From NCBI GenBank assembly GCA_002633005.1, contig NMRA01000182.1, forward strand, positions 381,077 through 445,076: DNA of 64,000 nucleotides, written 5' to 3'. Both the position numbers and the translations under genes were made by a program. A model generated the notes under the pieces. The model ran no database searches, was not told the origin of the DNA, and saw only the letters and a program-made list of their open reading frames with translations. This document shows positions 1-12,384 of this stretch, in pieces (position 1 is the stretch's first letter; every line of letters begins with the position of its first letter). Source of the DNA: Phoronis australis (lineage: Eukaryota > Animalia > Phoronida).

Positions 1-464
1 TCCTAAGTTAATATGAAAGTTGGCACCAATGGCGGTAAACGAATCTCTACTCCAATAAACTCAGTCTGTATTTACACCTTTTACATTGTTATTTTGGCGA
101 AACATTGTGGCCATAATCTCAGCGCAATAACTTAAACTAATGGGAGAGAGGACTCCTTGACGGCAGCTGCTATCGATTTCAACATTCCCTGAAGTGAAGC
201 CATGTTGGATGACACCAAGTGTAGCACCTTTGTTCAGAAGGCGAGCCCAATTTATGATAAAAGTTTTGCCAAAATTGAAAAAATAAGTTTTATAAATGAT
301 TATGCATGAGACAGAAACCCAATGCTTTTTCGAAGTCTACGGTTACTAAAAGACGTACCTGGAATACTATATTAGTCAGTGAACAGGAGTAGTCGACATA
401 TTTTTCTGGTGTTTTCTCCAGAAAACCCTAAATTCGGTTTCGTCGTTGTGTATCAGCCACTAAT

Positions 465-612
465 CATGCGCGGCGCACCATCGGGGGCTGGGGGGCTATA
501 GCCCCACGTTTTTCAGTACTACGCCGCATATGGTCTATAAGCGGTTCATCACAGGAGGGCTGAGGGTGCTTTAGCCCCTCCCCCCACTTTTTTTTGTGCT
601 GCGCCGCCCATG
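465..612. mobile_element. 148-bp MITE with 13-bp TIRs and 5-bp TSD
   Basis: CATGCGCGGCGCA...TGCGCCGCCCATG (1 mismatch), CTAAT at 460-464 and 613-617; GC-rich island. Confidence 0.75.
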
Positions 613-969
613 CTAATAACTGCAGATTTAATACGTTGAGCGAAACAGCCCAAGAAAATCTTATTGCTCGTGTTTGATAATGATATGGGTCGCTATTTGC
701 GGCCAAGATGCTCTCTGGGGTTTTCCCGCTCAGCGGCTTAGGAATGCGGATGGAAATTACGCATTGATGTTGGCTATCAAAGCAACCCGATTCAAAACTT
801 CTATCAAACGATATCACCATAATGACAGAAACGCCGGATGGGACGTCATCAGGGCCAGGCGCGTTGTTCGTCAAGTATTCATATACCTAAATTCTCAAGA
901 GTTTCATTAACCGAAATTTCTTTTTTCGAGTATATCATGCTCATCCCTTGTAAGCTTGGTAGGCCTACC

Positions 970-1145
970 CTTTGCGGGTAAGAACACAAATCAACATCAT
1001 CCATATCGTCATCTTTGCGGGTAAGAACACAAGTCAACATCATCCATATCATCATCTTTGCGGGTAAGAACACAAGTCAACATCATCCATATCATCATCT
1101 TTGCGGGTAAGAACACAAGTCAACATCATCCATATCATTATCTTT
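970..1145. repeat. 43-bp tandem repeat, 4 copies
   Basis: ctttgcgggtaagaacacaagtcaacatcatccatatcatcat at 970, 1013, 1056, 1099. Confidence 0.95.
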
Positions 1146-2399
1146 ACACCTGTAACGAAAACAATCAAGTAAAAAGACGGTAGATTTCTGATAGAAAATC
1201 AGTGATAATGTTTCCTTCGCCGTTATATATTTTTTTAAATTGGCGAAGTATGGATGGTTTCTCACCGTGCTCAGTTTTTGGCTTATACTTACCTGCCAGA
1301 AATTTGGTGAGGTGTCTTTTTTACAATTTTGCAAAAATGAGTGATAGAGTCATTCAAGAATTCAGTATTATTATATGACCAATTTTTGTTTGATATAAAT
1401 GTTCATGTTGATAAGATCTCAAAAGCTCTGTTTCATTTATTCTAAACTATCATTTTGCTTTCTTTTTATGGAACTTTTGGGTTATTTTGATCAACATCAT
1501 GTGGAGAATTTCTGGATTACACTGGTCACCGCTCAGGTTCCCTAAGCCCCAGACAACTGTTACGATGCCTATTCGACACGCCCTTTGTATTGATGTAGAT
1601 CTGAGCTAATAAAGTGGAAAGGTAATAGCTAGCAACAACTGTCTAAACAATGGTTGTTGTTAGAACCCCCTATTTGGTTTCCTCTGACATTTGCAGAGTG
1701 ACAGCCTGCAACTGTGGAGAGTAGTTTTAACTTGGTACATTATAAATTTTACAAAATGACTAAAACGGTTAACTTGTGTTTATCTTCACAAATGGCCACT
1801 TCCCAAAGGAACGATATGTTTCATATTGGTTTTCTTTTTTTAATTTTTAATGCTTCTGCCCACTTGTTTTTTACCGGGAACTGGTTGATAAATTTTTATC
1901 TAAGTTTTAAACTTAAAGTACCAAAACAGACGTAGATTTTAATCGCCAGCGAAACTTAATTAGTTAAGTTCATTGTGAGCCCATCCCCGAACTTTCCACA
2001 GGTGCACTAAACATTTCATTGAAGTTTAATCTTCATTAGAACTCAAATCATAAAATATATTCAAAAGTTCAAATATGGTGATAACCAAACTGAAGACTTG
2101 GAACTGATCTCTGGACAATTTTGGTGGCACTGACTATATAACTATTCTAGCTCTTTTTCAGTCAGAGTAATAAAAAATTATAAGTGGGCACAAGTTAAGT
2201 ACAACTGTTTCCTGGTCAAAAATCTGGTTAAACAAGATTGAAAGAATATTGAACAATGAATCAATGTGATATTGTTAACTCTCATCAGCGTTTGTATATC
2301 AACCGAGTACATCAATACTCGCTGTAGTTTATATTCAATCGAATCAATCGTGGTAGTTTTTGAATTATTCGTTCATCAATTTTGAAAAATCGAAAACCG

Positions 2400-3333
2400 T
2401 ACTAGTGGTTGTTTTTTTCCAGCTGAATGTCGCCGTGATGTTCGCTTTAACGAAACTTAGTGGTTAACGCATTTTGAAAATTCGCCATTATGTACAATCA
2501 GACTGTTTAAAACAATTTATGGTCGGGTAATTAGCCTACACTTAATTGTGTCTTTCTCACGTATCGGTCAATACGGTCATCACAACTGTACCTGACTCCG
2601 GCCTGGCGCCGCGCTCTCTTTGATCCTGGTAAAAGCCGCTCAAAAGGACGAGCGGTGAAAATTCCCGCATATCTTTAGAAATGCGTGACTTCCTTGTAAG
2701 CGTATTATTCACGGTATGTCATAAAGTATGACCCATCAAAAGTGCAAAAGCGGAACACACGGAAAACAATTCCCATTAGTATTCTGGAGAACAGCGTATA
2801 AAGCACAGTAACTGAAAGTTGAACTACCGTTTATTAAGTTAGCAAAATTGGACATTTTCCGACTTGGGTCCTACGTAATCTTCGCATAGTCGGCCGGTAA
2901 GGCCACTCTGAACCCTGATGTAAAGTGGAATGTTAAATAACAATTTGGTACCAATTTAATTAAGATACCTATGTAAATCAAAAGCCGGTTTTTGGGATGG
3001 AAGCAGCTTTTTAATAGGTATTCAAAACGTTTACGCCCAGATACAAAGTCTCTTGGCGCTTTCTGTATCTGTATATTTATTGTACTCCCTATCTTGTACA
3101 CCGCGATTGATATGTACCCATGTGCCGCCAAGGATTGCAGCGACCTCTATAGTAGATTGTTCAAACATAATCGAAGACACGTTTTTGCGAGACCAACAAC
3201 AAGAGACCATTTTTGTGGAGATCGATCGATAGTCCTTGCCCGACAGCTGGTGAAGTTATGTAGCGAGCCGGGTGATTTGTGCTGTAGTTAGAATGGAGTT
3301 TAAGGGAATTTCTACAAAGTGCAATTGACGAAG
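2400..3333 (+). promoter_or_regulatory. Candidate ARFGEF3 promoter and non-coding first exon
   Basis: Locally CpG-richer; donor-like AAG|gtaact at 3334; coding exon 1 is preceded by an acceptor, so an upstream exon is needed. Confidence 0.35.
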
Positions 3334-3506
3334 GTAACTTTTACTTGTAAATTACTTACGGTGTCGAACATTTACTGAGAATTTGAGTTTGAATCTGGCT
3401 GAGACTGAGTGAACACCAAATTTTTAATCAAAATTGGCAAAATTTGAAAATGATCCACATCGATTAAGACAGTGTGCAAGATTCTGATTTTGTTGTGGCA
3501 CTATAG

Positions 3507-4330
3507 GGGGTTCCTCAGGGTTCTGTCCTTGGCCCAATCCTCTTTCTCCTCTTTATCAATGACCTGCCTCAAAACATTTCATCCAACATCTGCATGACTG
3601 ATACATACCACTCCTCCACGGCTTCAGGAACCAAGAGTATTGCACCTCACTTAAACAGGATATCAACATGCTCAATGGATATCAGTGGGGTATGCAGTTC
3701 AATGTATCGAAGTGCACTGTTCTCCATGTTCATTGAAAAAAGAAACCTATCCTCCAAGACCACTTCCTCCATAGCTCACTCCTGTCACCACTGTATGAGG
3801 CCAAATATCTTGGCATTACTATCTCCAACAACCTCACCTGGAATTCTCATATCAATACAACTGCTGCTTCTGCCAATAAAACCCTTGCATTTCTTAGATG
3901 CAACATTCGACACACCCCTCTGAAAATAATTAAAGGCAATAGCTTATGCCACTGTAGTCTGACCAAACCTAGAGTACTGTCCATCATGGTTACCCCACAC
4001 AAAAGCTCTTATTAACAAAATTGAAATGGTGCTGCGACGAGCTGCAAGATTTACTCTGAATAGACATCACAATACTTCATCAGTCACTGAAATGATTGAA
4101 TCACTAAACTGACGAACTCTCAAATTCCGCCGCAACCTCTCCAAACTTTCTTCATTCTATAAAATTGTCCACCAGTCCATCGCCATTCCCAATACCTACT
4201 TATATCCCTTCATTAGTACCCCTACACGTAGATGCCATAGTATGCACTTCATGACATCTCAGTGTCCCACCGCATACCTGAAAAATCCCTTCTTCCCCTC
4301 TTCAACTGGAACAACTTCCTTGTCCATGTC
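3507..4330 (+). mobile_element. 5'-truncated, decayed non-LTR retrotransposon (CR1/L2-group LINE) RT fragment
   Basis: GVPQGSVLGPILFLLFINDLP, then KYLGITISNNLTWNSHINTTAASANKTLAFLR and INKIEMVLRRAARF, with frameshifts and stops. Confidence 0.9.
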
Positions 4331-5029
4331 ATTGGTCCTGACTTGCTGGATCATTTCCAGAGAGCTCTCCTCTCATATGAGTCATCATTGCACTTCATAC
4401 ACATTCCACTACACCCTCACACTACAAGACACATAGGTCTCACCATTGCACTTTTAATTTCGTAACATGAGCCACTTCATAATCCTCAACTTCAAGTGTG
4501 AAGTGCATCAAGAGAGATAGAGATTGAATAAAACCCAATCGAGGTGCTCGTACCAGATGGCCTGATTGCACACTGAAAGACTGCTAGCAGCCTCCAGCTA
4601 GCAGCCTCCAGCTAGCAGTATAGATAAAACAAATATCTGGAGAACCATAGAACTGACAAATCATAAGACATCACAAAAAGATCAAGGACGAATGATGTTG
4701 ACGATTGCAACATCTGGATACTGGTGTAGGTAAAGAAGGGCTAAATCAAATCTGATTCAAAGTAAGTGTCATTAAAAGCTGTCCTTGAATAAACTAAATT
4801 GCCATTCTTACACTAGCCTAGTGCTAAAGACAGCACCTGATGCTATGACAATTGCTTGGTCACACTAAATATTGGCCAGTTTCTTTTTTCGTCAATTCTT
4901 CAACTGAAGTTTTTCTACGAAGTTGCGAAAATATCACAGCAAATTAGCGCAGCTGGATTCACTCGATCGTTATAAGCAAATTTTGCTTCAGAAAATATCA
5001 GGTGTCATCATATCTGGAAAGATGTTGCA

Positions 5030-6616
5030 AAAATTGCCAAATGTCACGGGTGGAATGTTTTCAAGTTGCGGCAGATGTTTCTTTTGTCACTTTTAAAGCT
5101 GGAGAATTTGATTGATTTACACTTAAATGGTTATAATGAGCAAGGTGTTCAGTGTTGGGTGACTATCAGATTTTGTATGCACCTCACTGGTTTTTAGCTT
5201 TACATGTTTGTATAAATTTTGTGACGAGGTAATGAGCAGAACTACCCTGGTGGGTTGTGTTTCTTTCTCCCGATCTCAAGGTCATAGGTTTGAATCTCAC
5301 TGGACCGTGCTGCTAGACACTTGAGTCAGGTCTCAAGCTCCTCAGCTTGGTTTTAATTTGTGTGTATGTCTAAACATGTATATTAGTAAATAAAAAGAAA
5401 AATGGATTTTGATGCAATCTGCCCAATCTCATGCCCCATGCATTAGGTCCCCTGTGCTATTTTTAGAGCTGCATAGTGACGTTAGTCTTTATGCAGCTGA
5501 CTGGCTATGGTTTCATCAGAAAGTTGACTGTTGATGGTAGCCTAAGTGCGCTAATTCTGAACTTCCCAATCATAGTTACCGGTAAGGTCACCAGCCAATG
5601 AAGACTAACGTCAAAATATAGCTATTAATCGCGCTGTGTTAACTTTGCATAGATCGCGAAACTTTGCACCGCCGGGGTAGTGTGGCACATCACCTTGTCA
5701 TGAAACTTGTATCAACATGTAGAGCTTACAACCAGACAGAGTGCATACAATCTAATAAATGTCTTTTCTTGTGTCATTTGAGACCGGCTTTTGTGGCAAA
5801 GAAAAAAAGTCTGTCAAGTCATCANTGAAAATTGCCAAATGTCACGGTTGCAATGTTTTCAAGTTGCGGCAGATGTTTCTTTGTCACTTTTAAAGCTGGA
5901 GAATTTGATTGATTTACACTTAAATGGTTATAATGAGCAAGGTGTTCAGTGTTGGTTGACTATCAGATTTTGTATGCACCTCACTGGTTTTTAGCTTTAC
6001 ATGTTTATATAAATTTTGTGACGAGGTAATGAGCAGAACTACCCTGGCGGGTTGTGTTTCTTTCTTCCGATCTCAAGGTCATAGGTTTGAATCCCACTGG
6101 ACCTTGCTGCTAGACACTTGAGTCTCAAGCTCCTCAGCTTGGTTTTAATTTGTGTGTATGTCTAAACATGTATATTAGTAAATAAAAAGAAAAATGGATT
6201 TTGATGCAATCTGCCCAATCTCATGCCCCATGCATTAGGTCCCCTGTGCTATTTTTAAAGCTGCATAGTGACGTTAGTCTTTATGTAACTGACTGGCTAT
6301 GGTTTCATCAGAAAGTTGACTGTTGATGGTAGCCTAAGTGCGCTAATTCTGAACTTCCCAATCATAGTTACCGGTAAGGTCACCAGCCAATGAAGACTAA
6401 CGTCAAAATATAGCTATTAATCGCGCTGTGTTAACTTTGCATAGATCGCGAAACTTTGCACCGCCGGGGTAGTGTGGCACATCACCTTGTCATGAAACTT
6501 GTATCAACATGTAGAGCTTACAACCAGACAGAGTGCATACAATCTAATAAATGTCTTTTCTTGTGTCATTTGAGACCGGCTTTTGTGGCAAAGAAAAAAA
6601 GTCTGTCAAGTCATCA
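5030..6616. repeat. ~790-bp near-identical duplication across N5825 (probable haplotype artefact)
   Basis: 5030-5824 matches 5828-6616 with scattered SNPs and small indels. Confidence 0.9.
5236..5350 (+). mobile_element. Degenerate tRNA-derived SINE copy (second copy near 6032-6142)
   Basis: B-box-like ggtttgaatc followed by cttgagtcaggtctc..ctcctcagct, shared with copies at 45265 and 49971. Confidence 0.55.
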
Positions 6617-7054
6617 ACTTGAAAACAGTAGACTCGTGACATAGGCCATTTGATATATTTTTTTGTGCATCTTTTGGGCAGTTGATGACAGCTTCACCAA
6701 AGTTATTAACATTTCCAATTGTGCAAAATGTGATGAAGGATGGGGTTAACAGCCAGCATACGCCTCTTACGTTCTCTAAAAGTAATAGTGGAAATTGTCC
6801 ACTTTGAGAGAAAAATAAATATTTTTGGAAGCACCCTTCATGGGATTTTGCATGGTGTCGACAAAAAGCCTAATGCTTTAAAAAATATTGATGATTGTGG
6901 ACAATCGTTGAAATGCATCGAAATGCAATGGAGATGTGACAGTAACATTAAAACTCATCAATGACAATTGATGTTTCTCCCATTGTATTTTCTGCTTTTT
7001 TCTGTTTACAGGATGAGGGTGAAATGAGAGAGTAATTATTGGCTGAGGTTCACC

Positions 7055-7139
7055 ATGGAAGACACATTGAAGTACATGTTGAAGGAGTGTACTAGTGCTA
7101 AATATTCATCATTGAAGACAGCATGCCTTGCTGCCTTGG
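7055..7139 (+). CDS. ARFGEF3: ARFGEF3 coding exon 1
   Basis: Kozak caccATGG; MEDTLKYMLKECTSAKYSSLKTACLAAL; donor gtaata; acceptor tttacag ends at 7011, implying an upstream UTR exon. Confidence 0.9.
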
Positions 7140-9436
7140 GTAATACTTAGTCATGTCTTCTCTATCTTCCTCAAAGTCATTTTGCAGGTGTAAAAAGTGA
7201 ATATTTAAGTTTGGGTCTTTTTCAGGCTGTACAGGGCTCCCAATAACTATATTTTTTGGTTTGGTCCATCTTGAATTGTTTGTAATATAACTAAAGGTGG
7301 TAAAGAAGAGATTTTGCTACATATTGTTTTTTTATGATCCAAAATATTTCCTTTTATGTGAACTTCGTCTCTAATTAAAACTGATTTTCAAAAAACAAAA
7401 ATGCATCTCATGGTTCTTGATAAAACTTCCAAGCAAAAAGTAAACTTAGTGTTATTTTTACTGTGATTAGCAATGCCATGTTTCATGCTGTTCTTATGAC
7501 CCGAACTGTTTAGAAGTGAGGGTGAAAGCTGCAACTGGACCAGAAGTTTTCTGCCTGTCTCTTTTACGCCCAGTATAATGCTCTGTTAAGTAGCACTTCC
7601 TGGACCAAGCTCCAATTATTGTACAGTATATTATTCATAATAAACACTTTAAAAAACTCTTTTTCACAAAATTTTTGCAACAACTTTTGTACCAGTTATT
7701 CAATTATGGTTCAATGGAGTATGCAGTAACATTATATTTATAAAAACACTACTAATCAGTGGTTGACATGAAATGACCAGAACATTCAATTTCCCCCCCA
7801 TAATGCGTTTGTCTCCAAGGGTCTCTTCTATGAAAAATGGCTTGAGGTCAGAAATTTGATCTTATACTCCATGCAATTATTCCTGAAATGTAGGCTAGTT
7901 TCACTTCAGCAATGTACAAAATCTTTGAGAATATATCTACCCGGTATATCTGCTAATTACTCGAATAATGTAATTTGAGTTTAAGAATAGGATTTTATGG
8001 GTCAAAACGTACTATTCAGATATTGTAAGAAATGTAACCCTTGGTTACTCTGCTAGTCAGTTTGATAAGTTGCTGGACAGGTGTTTTCCATGCATAAAGA
8101 TTACCCAGATAGCAACTAATAACCACAGGGTGATACTAAGGGATTAGGACCCTCTTCTAAATGCTAATTACAATCTGTTTAGTAATAAAAATTTATTAGC
8201 TATTCCTTTTCATGAATTCCAAGCAGACTAAACGTGTGACAAGCATGAAAACTACAGTTGTTTGACCAACTGGCCAATTCAATTCAAGTGAAACCGAATA
8301 ATATAAAATTATCGAATAAGCAAATGATCACAGAAAAACTTCCTTAATGGTGTAATGCAGACTGTAACGTTACTCTGTCCAACTTGTATTGGAGTATTGG
8401 GAAGAAATTTTCTCATTTGCCCGAAATAAAAGTTATATAAGTCAGGTTTTTCTCTTCTTTTAAATCATAAAAGCTCAATAAGTAACTGTTTGTATAGTGC
8501 CATTTGTTTGTTGTCATGCTGTTGTTCTCATTTGTCATAAAGAATAAATGAATCTGGGTAGCCCTGGGAGTAAGTGAGTCATGGTGCGAAATAGCTCAAA
8601 CGTCAATGCTGGAAAAATATTTTAAATCATTTTACCTTTACCAGGCGCCAGGGTCTCATCTCTGAACTAGAAATCGAGCTCAAAATTACTTTTTAGTATT
8701 TTGTATTCTACTTTAATATGAACTCAAGATAAGTATCTTTATTTTGTGTTCTAATAAATTTGGGTTTCGCAGTTGACTGTATAGTTCGAGTAAGCACTTG
8801 ATGACCCTTAGATTGGAGCTGCAAAAGAGAATTGGACATTTATTCAGGCACGTAAATCATACCACACTCCAAAATATTGAATTAATGCTAAAGTTGAACA
8901 GAAAATGTCAAAACTTAATTTTGAATAAAAAGGTTAGATCCTTGGCCCTGGTCTGAGTTGTTCAAAAATGGCAACACTACATGTGTGATAATACAATGGC
9001 ATTGTTATTAACCAGCTTTTAAGTTGTATGCAACAGGGCCTGATTGATAAAAAATACATCTGAAATTATCAGTATGTGAAACTGCTCATTTTGGCCTGGC
9101 CACTTACACCCTCATGAAGAGATTGAGTTTTGTCTCATTGTTTTTATAGGCCCACTGAACATTTTGTGGTCAAACATGGACAGTATCTTGTCCATCATCT
9201 GTCATCTTTTGTAGACCCATTGCCATTTCTTTTCCTTCGATTGTCTTGAAAACCAATGGACTGCGATGATCTTTGACAGTAATACGTCCGAGATGCACCG
9301 GTACCAGCTGATTATGGTTTGGATTTGAATGCCTTGACAACCCCTCTTAGCTGTTTTAGTTTAAAACAAGGAATTTATTGTATGCCAATTTTTGATAACC
9401 CCAGCACCCTCTGGTTAAATTGCTTGACAGATTTTC

Positions 9437-10270
9437 ATGCACCCACATATGGATACATTTTGCATATTGCCGTCATCTTTGCCTAGGCGTCTGGCATCCG
9501 CATTTGTATCTCTTGAACCCTTTGCAAGATCGCAATGGCAATTTTTGTTGTTTTTTTTGAATCCACGGCTGTATCGCCTTAACTCTTTCCATGATCTTTG
9601 TGAAATTTGGCAGATATGTTCCTATGGAGATGATAACGAATGACGACGAGTTTCAGACAAATCTCGTCGCAGGTGTGCCCCTTGGCGACAGCTTTATTTT
9701 TCTTAACGTTTGCCTGTATTTTCGAAGCTTCATTATGGATTTTCATGATGGTTAGCATATAGATGGCTATTCAAGAGCTGATTACGCCTTTCTGTTTTGA
9801 CGTATTCTCCACCCACCACCTGGTGGCAATTTTAAAAATTTCTGAGTACATTTTTGACGTCTACTTACCTATCTGCCCAACTGCTCAAAGGATCATTATG
9901 AAAATTGACAGATGTTTTCCTGACAAGAACACGGCAGCTGACAGTGATTTTCAGACGGATGGGGCTACTGCAGTGATCCCTAGTGGCATTTTTGGGTTTT
10001 TTCTGCGTCCATGGCTGTATCTCCTTAACTCTTTAGATGATCTTTGTGAAATTTGGCAGGTATGCTCCTATGGTGGTGATAATGAATGACAGGGAGTTCC
10101 AGACCAATTGGACTGCAGGTGTACGCGCACCCTAGTGGCAGTTTATGTATGCCTCTGGAGTTCATTCATGGATTTTTCTGAATTTTGGCAAATAGGTTTA
10201 TTAAGGCAACAACTATGCTTTTTCGTTCTCGTACAGTTTCAATATATTTTGAGCCAATTAGTGACCATTT
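9437..10270 (+). mobile_element. Helentron-associated (DINE-1/HINE-like) element, degenerate copy
   Basis: Starts atgcacccacat after T-run; internal subrepeats gaaatttggcag...ccctagtggca shared with 37602-39440. Confidence 0.65.
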
Positions 10271-11280
10271 TTGTGGTTTTGATTTTGTTTTTAGTGTTTG
10301 CCACTTAATGTATCAAACTGCTAAAAAATAATTATGCCGATAACTGGTTTATACTAAAACCATATTCTACTGTCACTGTTGTTAAAGACATCTTTATTTT
10401 CAAGAACTATGAAAGCAATTTGTGCAAGTATTTTCAAGTGCATTGATTCATTTAATCTTCATGGTGTGATAAAAGTTTTTCAATTTCATATTAGAAATTA
10501 CAATTCACAGTAGAGCAGCCTGCATAAATTAATTGAAGTGGCTGTATTATGCTCTTTGTAGTCTTTTTGGGTGAGCTTGTAACCATGTTGTTCTTCTGGG
10601 CAGGTTCATATACATGCAATTTTTGTTGACTATCGTTGTTGCGTTTTGCTTTTTTTACTTAATCCCCTGAAATAGCCCTGTATCAACTTTGCTTTCAACC
10701 TATCAGGTGTCCTCCATGTAATCTCATTTGCAATTATCAACACCCACATGTTGGACTTAAGCATTGATTTTTCATTCATACGTAATGTAACAGGTACTTG
10801 TGACTTATAAGATCAGGGATAAAACGCATTAGAGGTTGAATAGAAGTTGTTGATCTTTGACTGAATTTTTAGTCATCCTCTATCATTCCGTAATATTGAT
10901 CAGGTCATCAATAAGGGTTGTTGTAATAAAATTTTGATGTGAAATTTTTCTGGAATCATGTTTTATTAATCTTTGAAAAGTTATTGTGCGGCCTTTTCCT
11001 GCTTTACAAGTTACAAGGGAAAAAGTCGGGCATATTCACCGCTGAAGTCCCCATTGAGGAATTTTTATTTACATTCAACAAATTTTTATTATGCTCAAAA
11101 TGCTGCAGTTTTCAATCCTAGGAACATATATAAAACTTGATGTTAGGTATTCATCCTTCCTGCTTTTATAGTATTGTGGATTCAGACATTTTAGATTGCT
11201 TACGCAGGGTGTTTATGGAAACTGCAAAGTCATTACTGAGGGAGATCACATTTGTTTTTAGCCAAAATTTGAGTTCGAAC

Positions 11281-11706
11281 TTTAAAATCAGGGCATATGT
11301 AAACAATGACATATTGATCGATGTTTCGGTTTATTGCCTGTAAACCATTCTCAAGACAAAAGATAAAAGTGCACACTATTCCAATCAGGTGACACGTGGG
11401 AACAGACTGTACAGGTACACATCAAAATGCATTGTGAGGGGAGAGGCCAGAAATCAAAACAGTTGGAGTTCCAATGAACCAATGTTTCTATTCAGATAGC
11501 TCTCAGCAGGGTGCTCATGGAAAGCAGTGAGAACTGATGGGGCTGCCCTCATTTTAACTATTACTATAATGAATAAATAAATAAATCGTGATTCAAATAT
11601 GTCACCTGGTTGGAACATTGTGAACTTTTGTCTTGAGAATGGTTTAGAGACAATAAACCAAAACATCGATCAATATGTCGTCGTTTACATATGCGCTGGT
11701 TTTAAA
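11281..11706. mobile_element. MITE/foldback element with ~110-bp imperfect inverted repeats
   Basis: 11281-11395 (tttaaaatcagggcatatgtaaac...aaccattctcaagacaaaa) is the reverse complement of about 11600-11706. Confidence 0.8.
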
Positions 11707-12332
11707 ATTGAGGGAGCCCTCATTAGTGCTGATAGGAAGTAGGAAGATACAACATAAGTTGTGGAAATAATGTTGTGAGTTAGTTAGTCCAACCAGAGCC
11801 ATCGGAATATTAAATTATTGTTATTGTTATTAATGATATTTTATCTCAAATTATCAATTTTTGCGAAATGTACTTCATAACTACAACTACAATTTTCTGT
11901 GAATTTTGTTTAGTGTCGATTGAAAAATCTTAGTTGATGTGTAAAACTGGTTTGCTTCCATGAACAGTGAAAGTAAAGTGAGGTTTCACAGTGTGGGCTG
12001 TAGTAAGTCACTAGTTATTTCACACAAAACTGATTGCCAAATTCATTTCAAATTTTTATTGTGAAGGCTTACTAATCAAAATTTTCTTTGGAGTTGTTTC
12101 ATGACAGCTATTTAGGCATTTGGCGATGCTTGGTTGCAGTACTCTATTAATTTCATACAACCCTCAACTATGAAGTCTGTACAAGTCATTCAGCTTATTT
12201 GGCACACCCTGAATACCAGGAAAATATATATAATTTATTTTGCGCAAAATAGGTGGAGCATTATGTACTGTAAGTGGTGGATATTGTTCATTGGACCGTC
12301 AAGAGTACGCTCTCTGTCTTTTTTGTTTTCAG

Positions 12333-12384
12333 ATCTTCTTGAAGATAGTGAGGCATGTTCTCACCAGGAGGCGCACCAGTTGAG
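12333..12384 (+). CDS. ARFGEF3: ARFGEF3 coding exon 2
   Basis: ttttcag acceptor; DLLEDSEACSHQEAHQLR; donor gtaaaa; phases 1/2 fit neighbours. Confidence 0.88.

Noticed and set aside
464-874. 136-aa minus-strand ORF and other 60-130-aa ORFs in introns and repeats
   Set aside because: No recognisable domains; most overlap MITE, HINE or minisatellite sequence or use non-ATG starts.
970-1145. Regular 43-bp repeats, and likewise the 38-, 30- and 27-bp arrays, as CRISPR arrays
   Set aside because: Head-to-tail units with no unique spacers, no cas genes, and a spliced eukaryotic context.
1285-1300. ATACTTACCTG matches the U1 snRNA 5' end
   Set aside because: Downstream sequence does not continue as U1; it is simply the reverse complement of a donor consensus.
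3594-4465. Short + strand ORFs as host genes
   Set aside because: Off-frame pieces of the decayed LINE RT.
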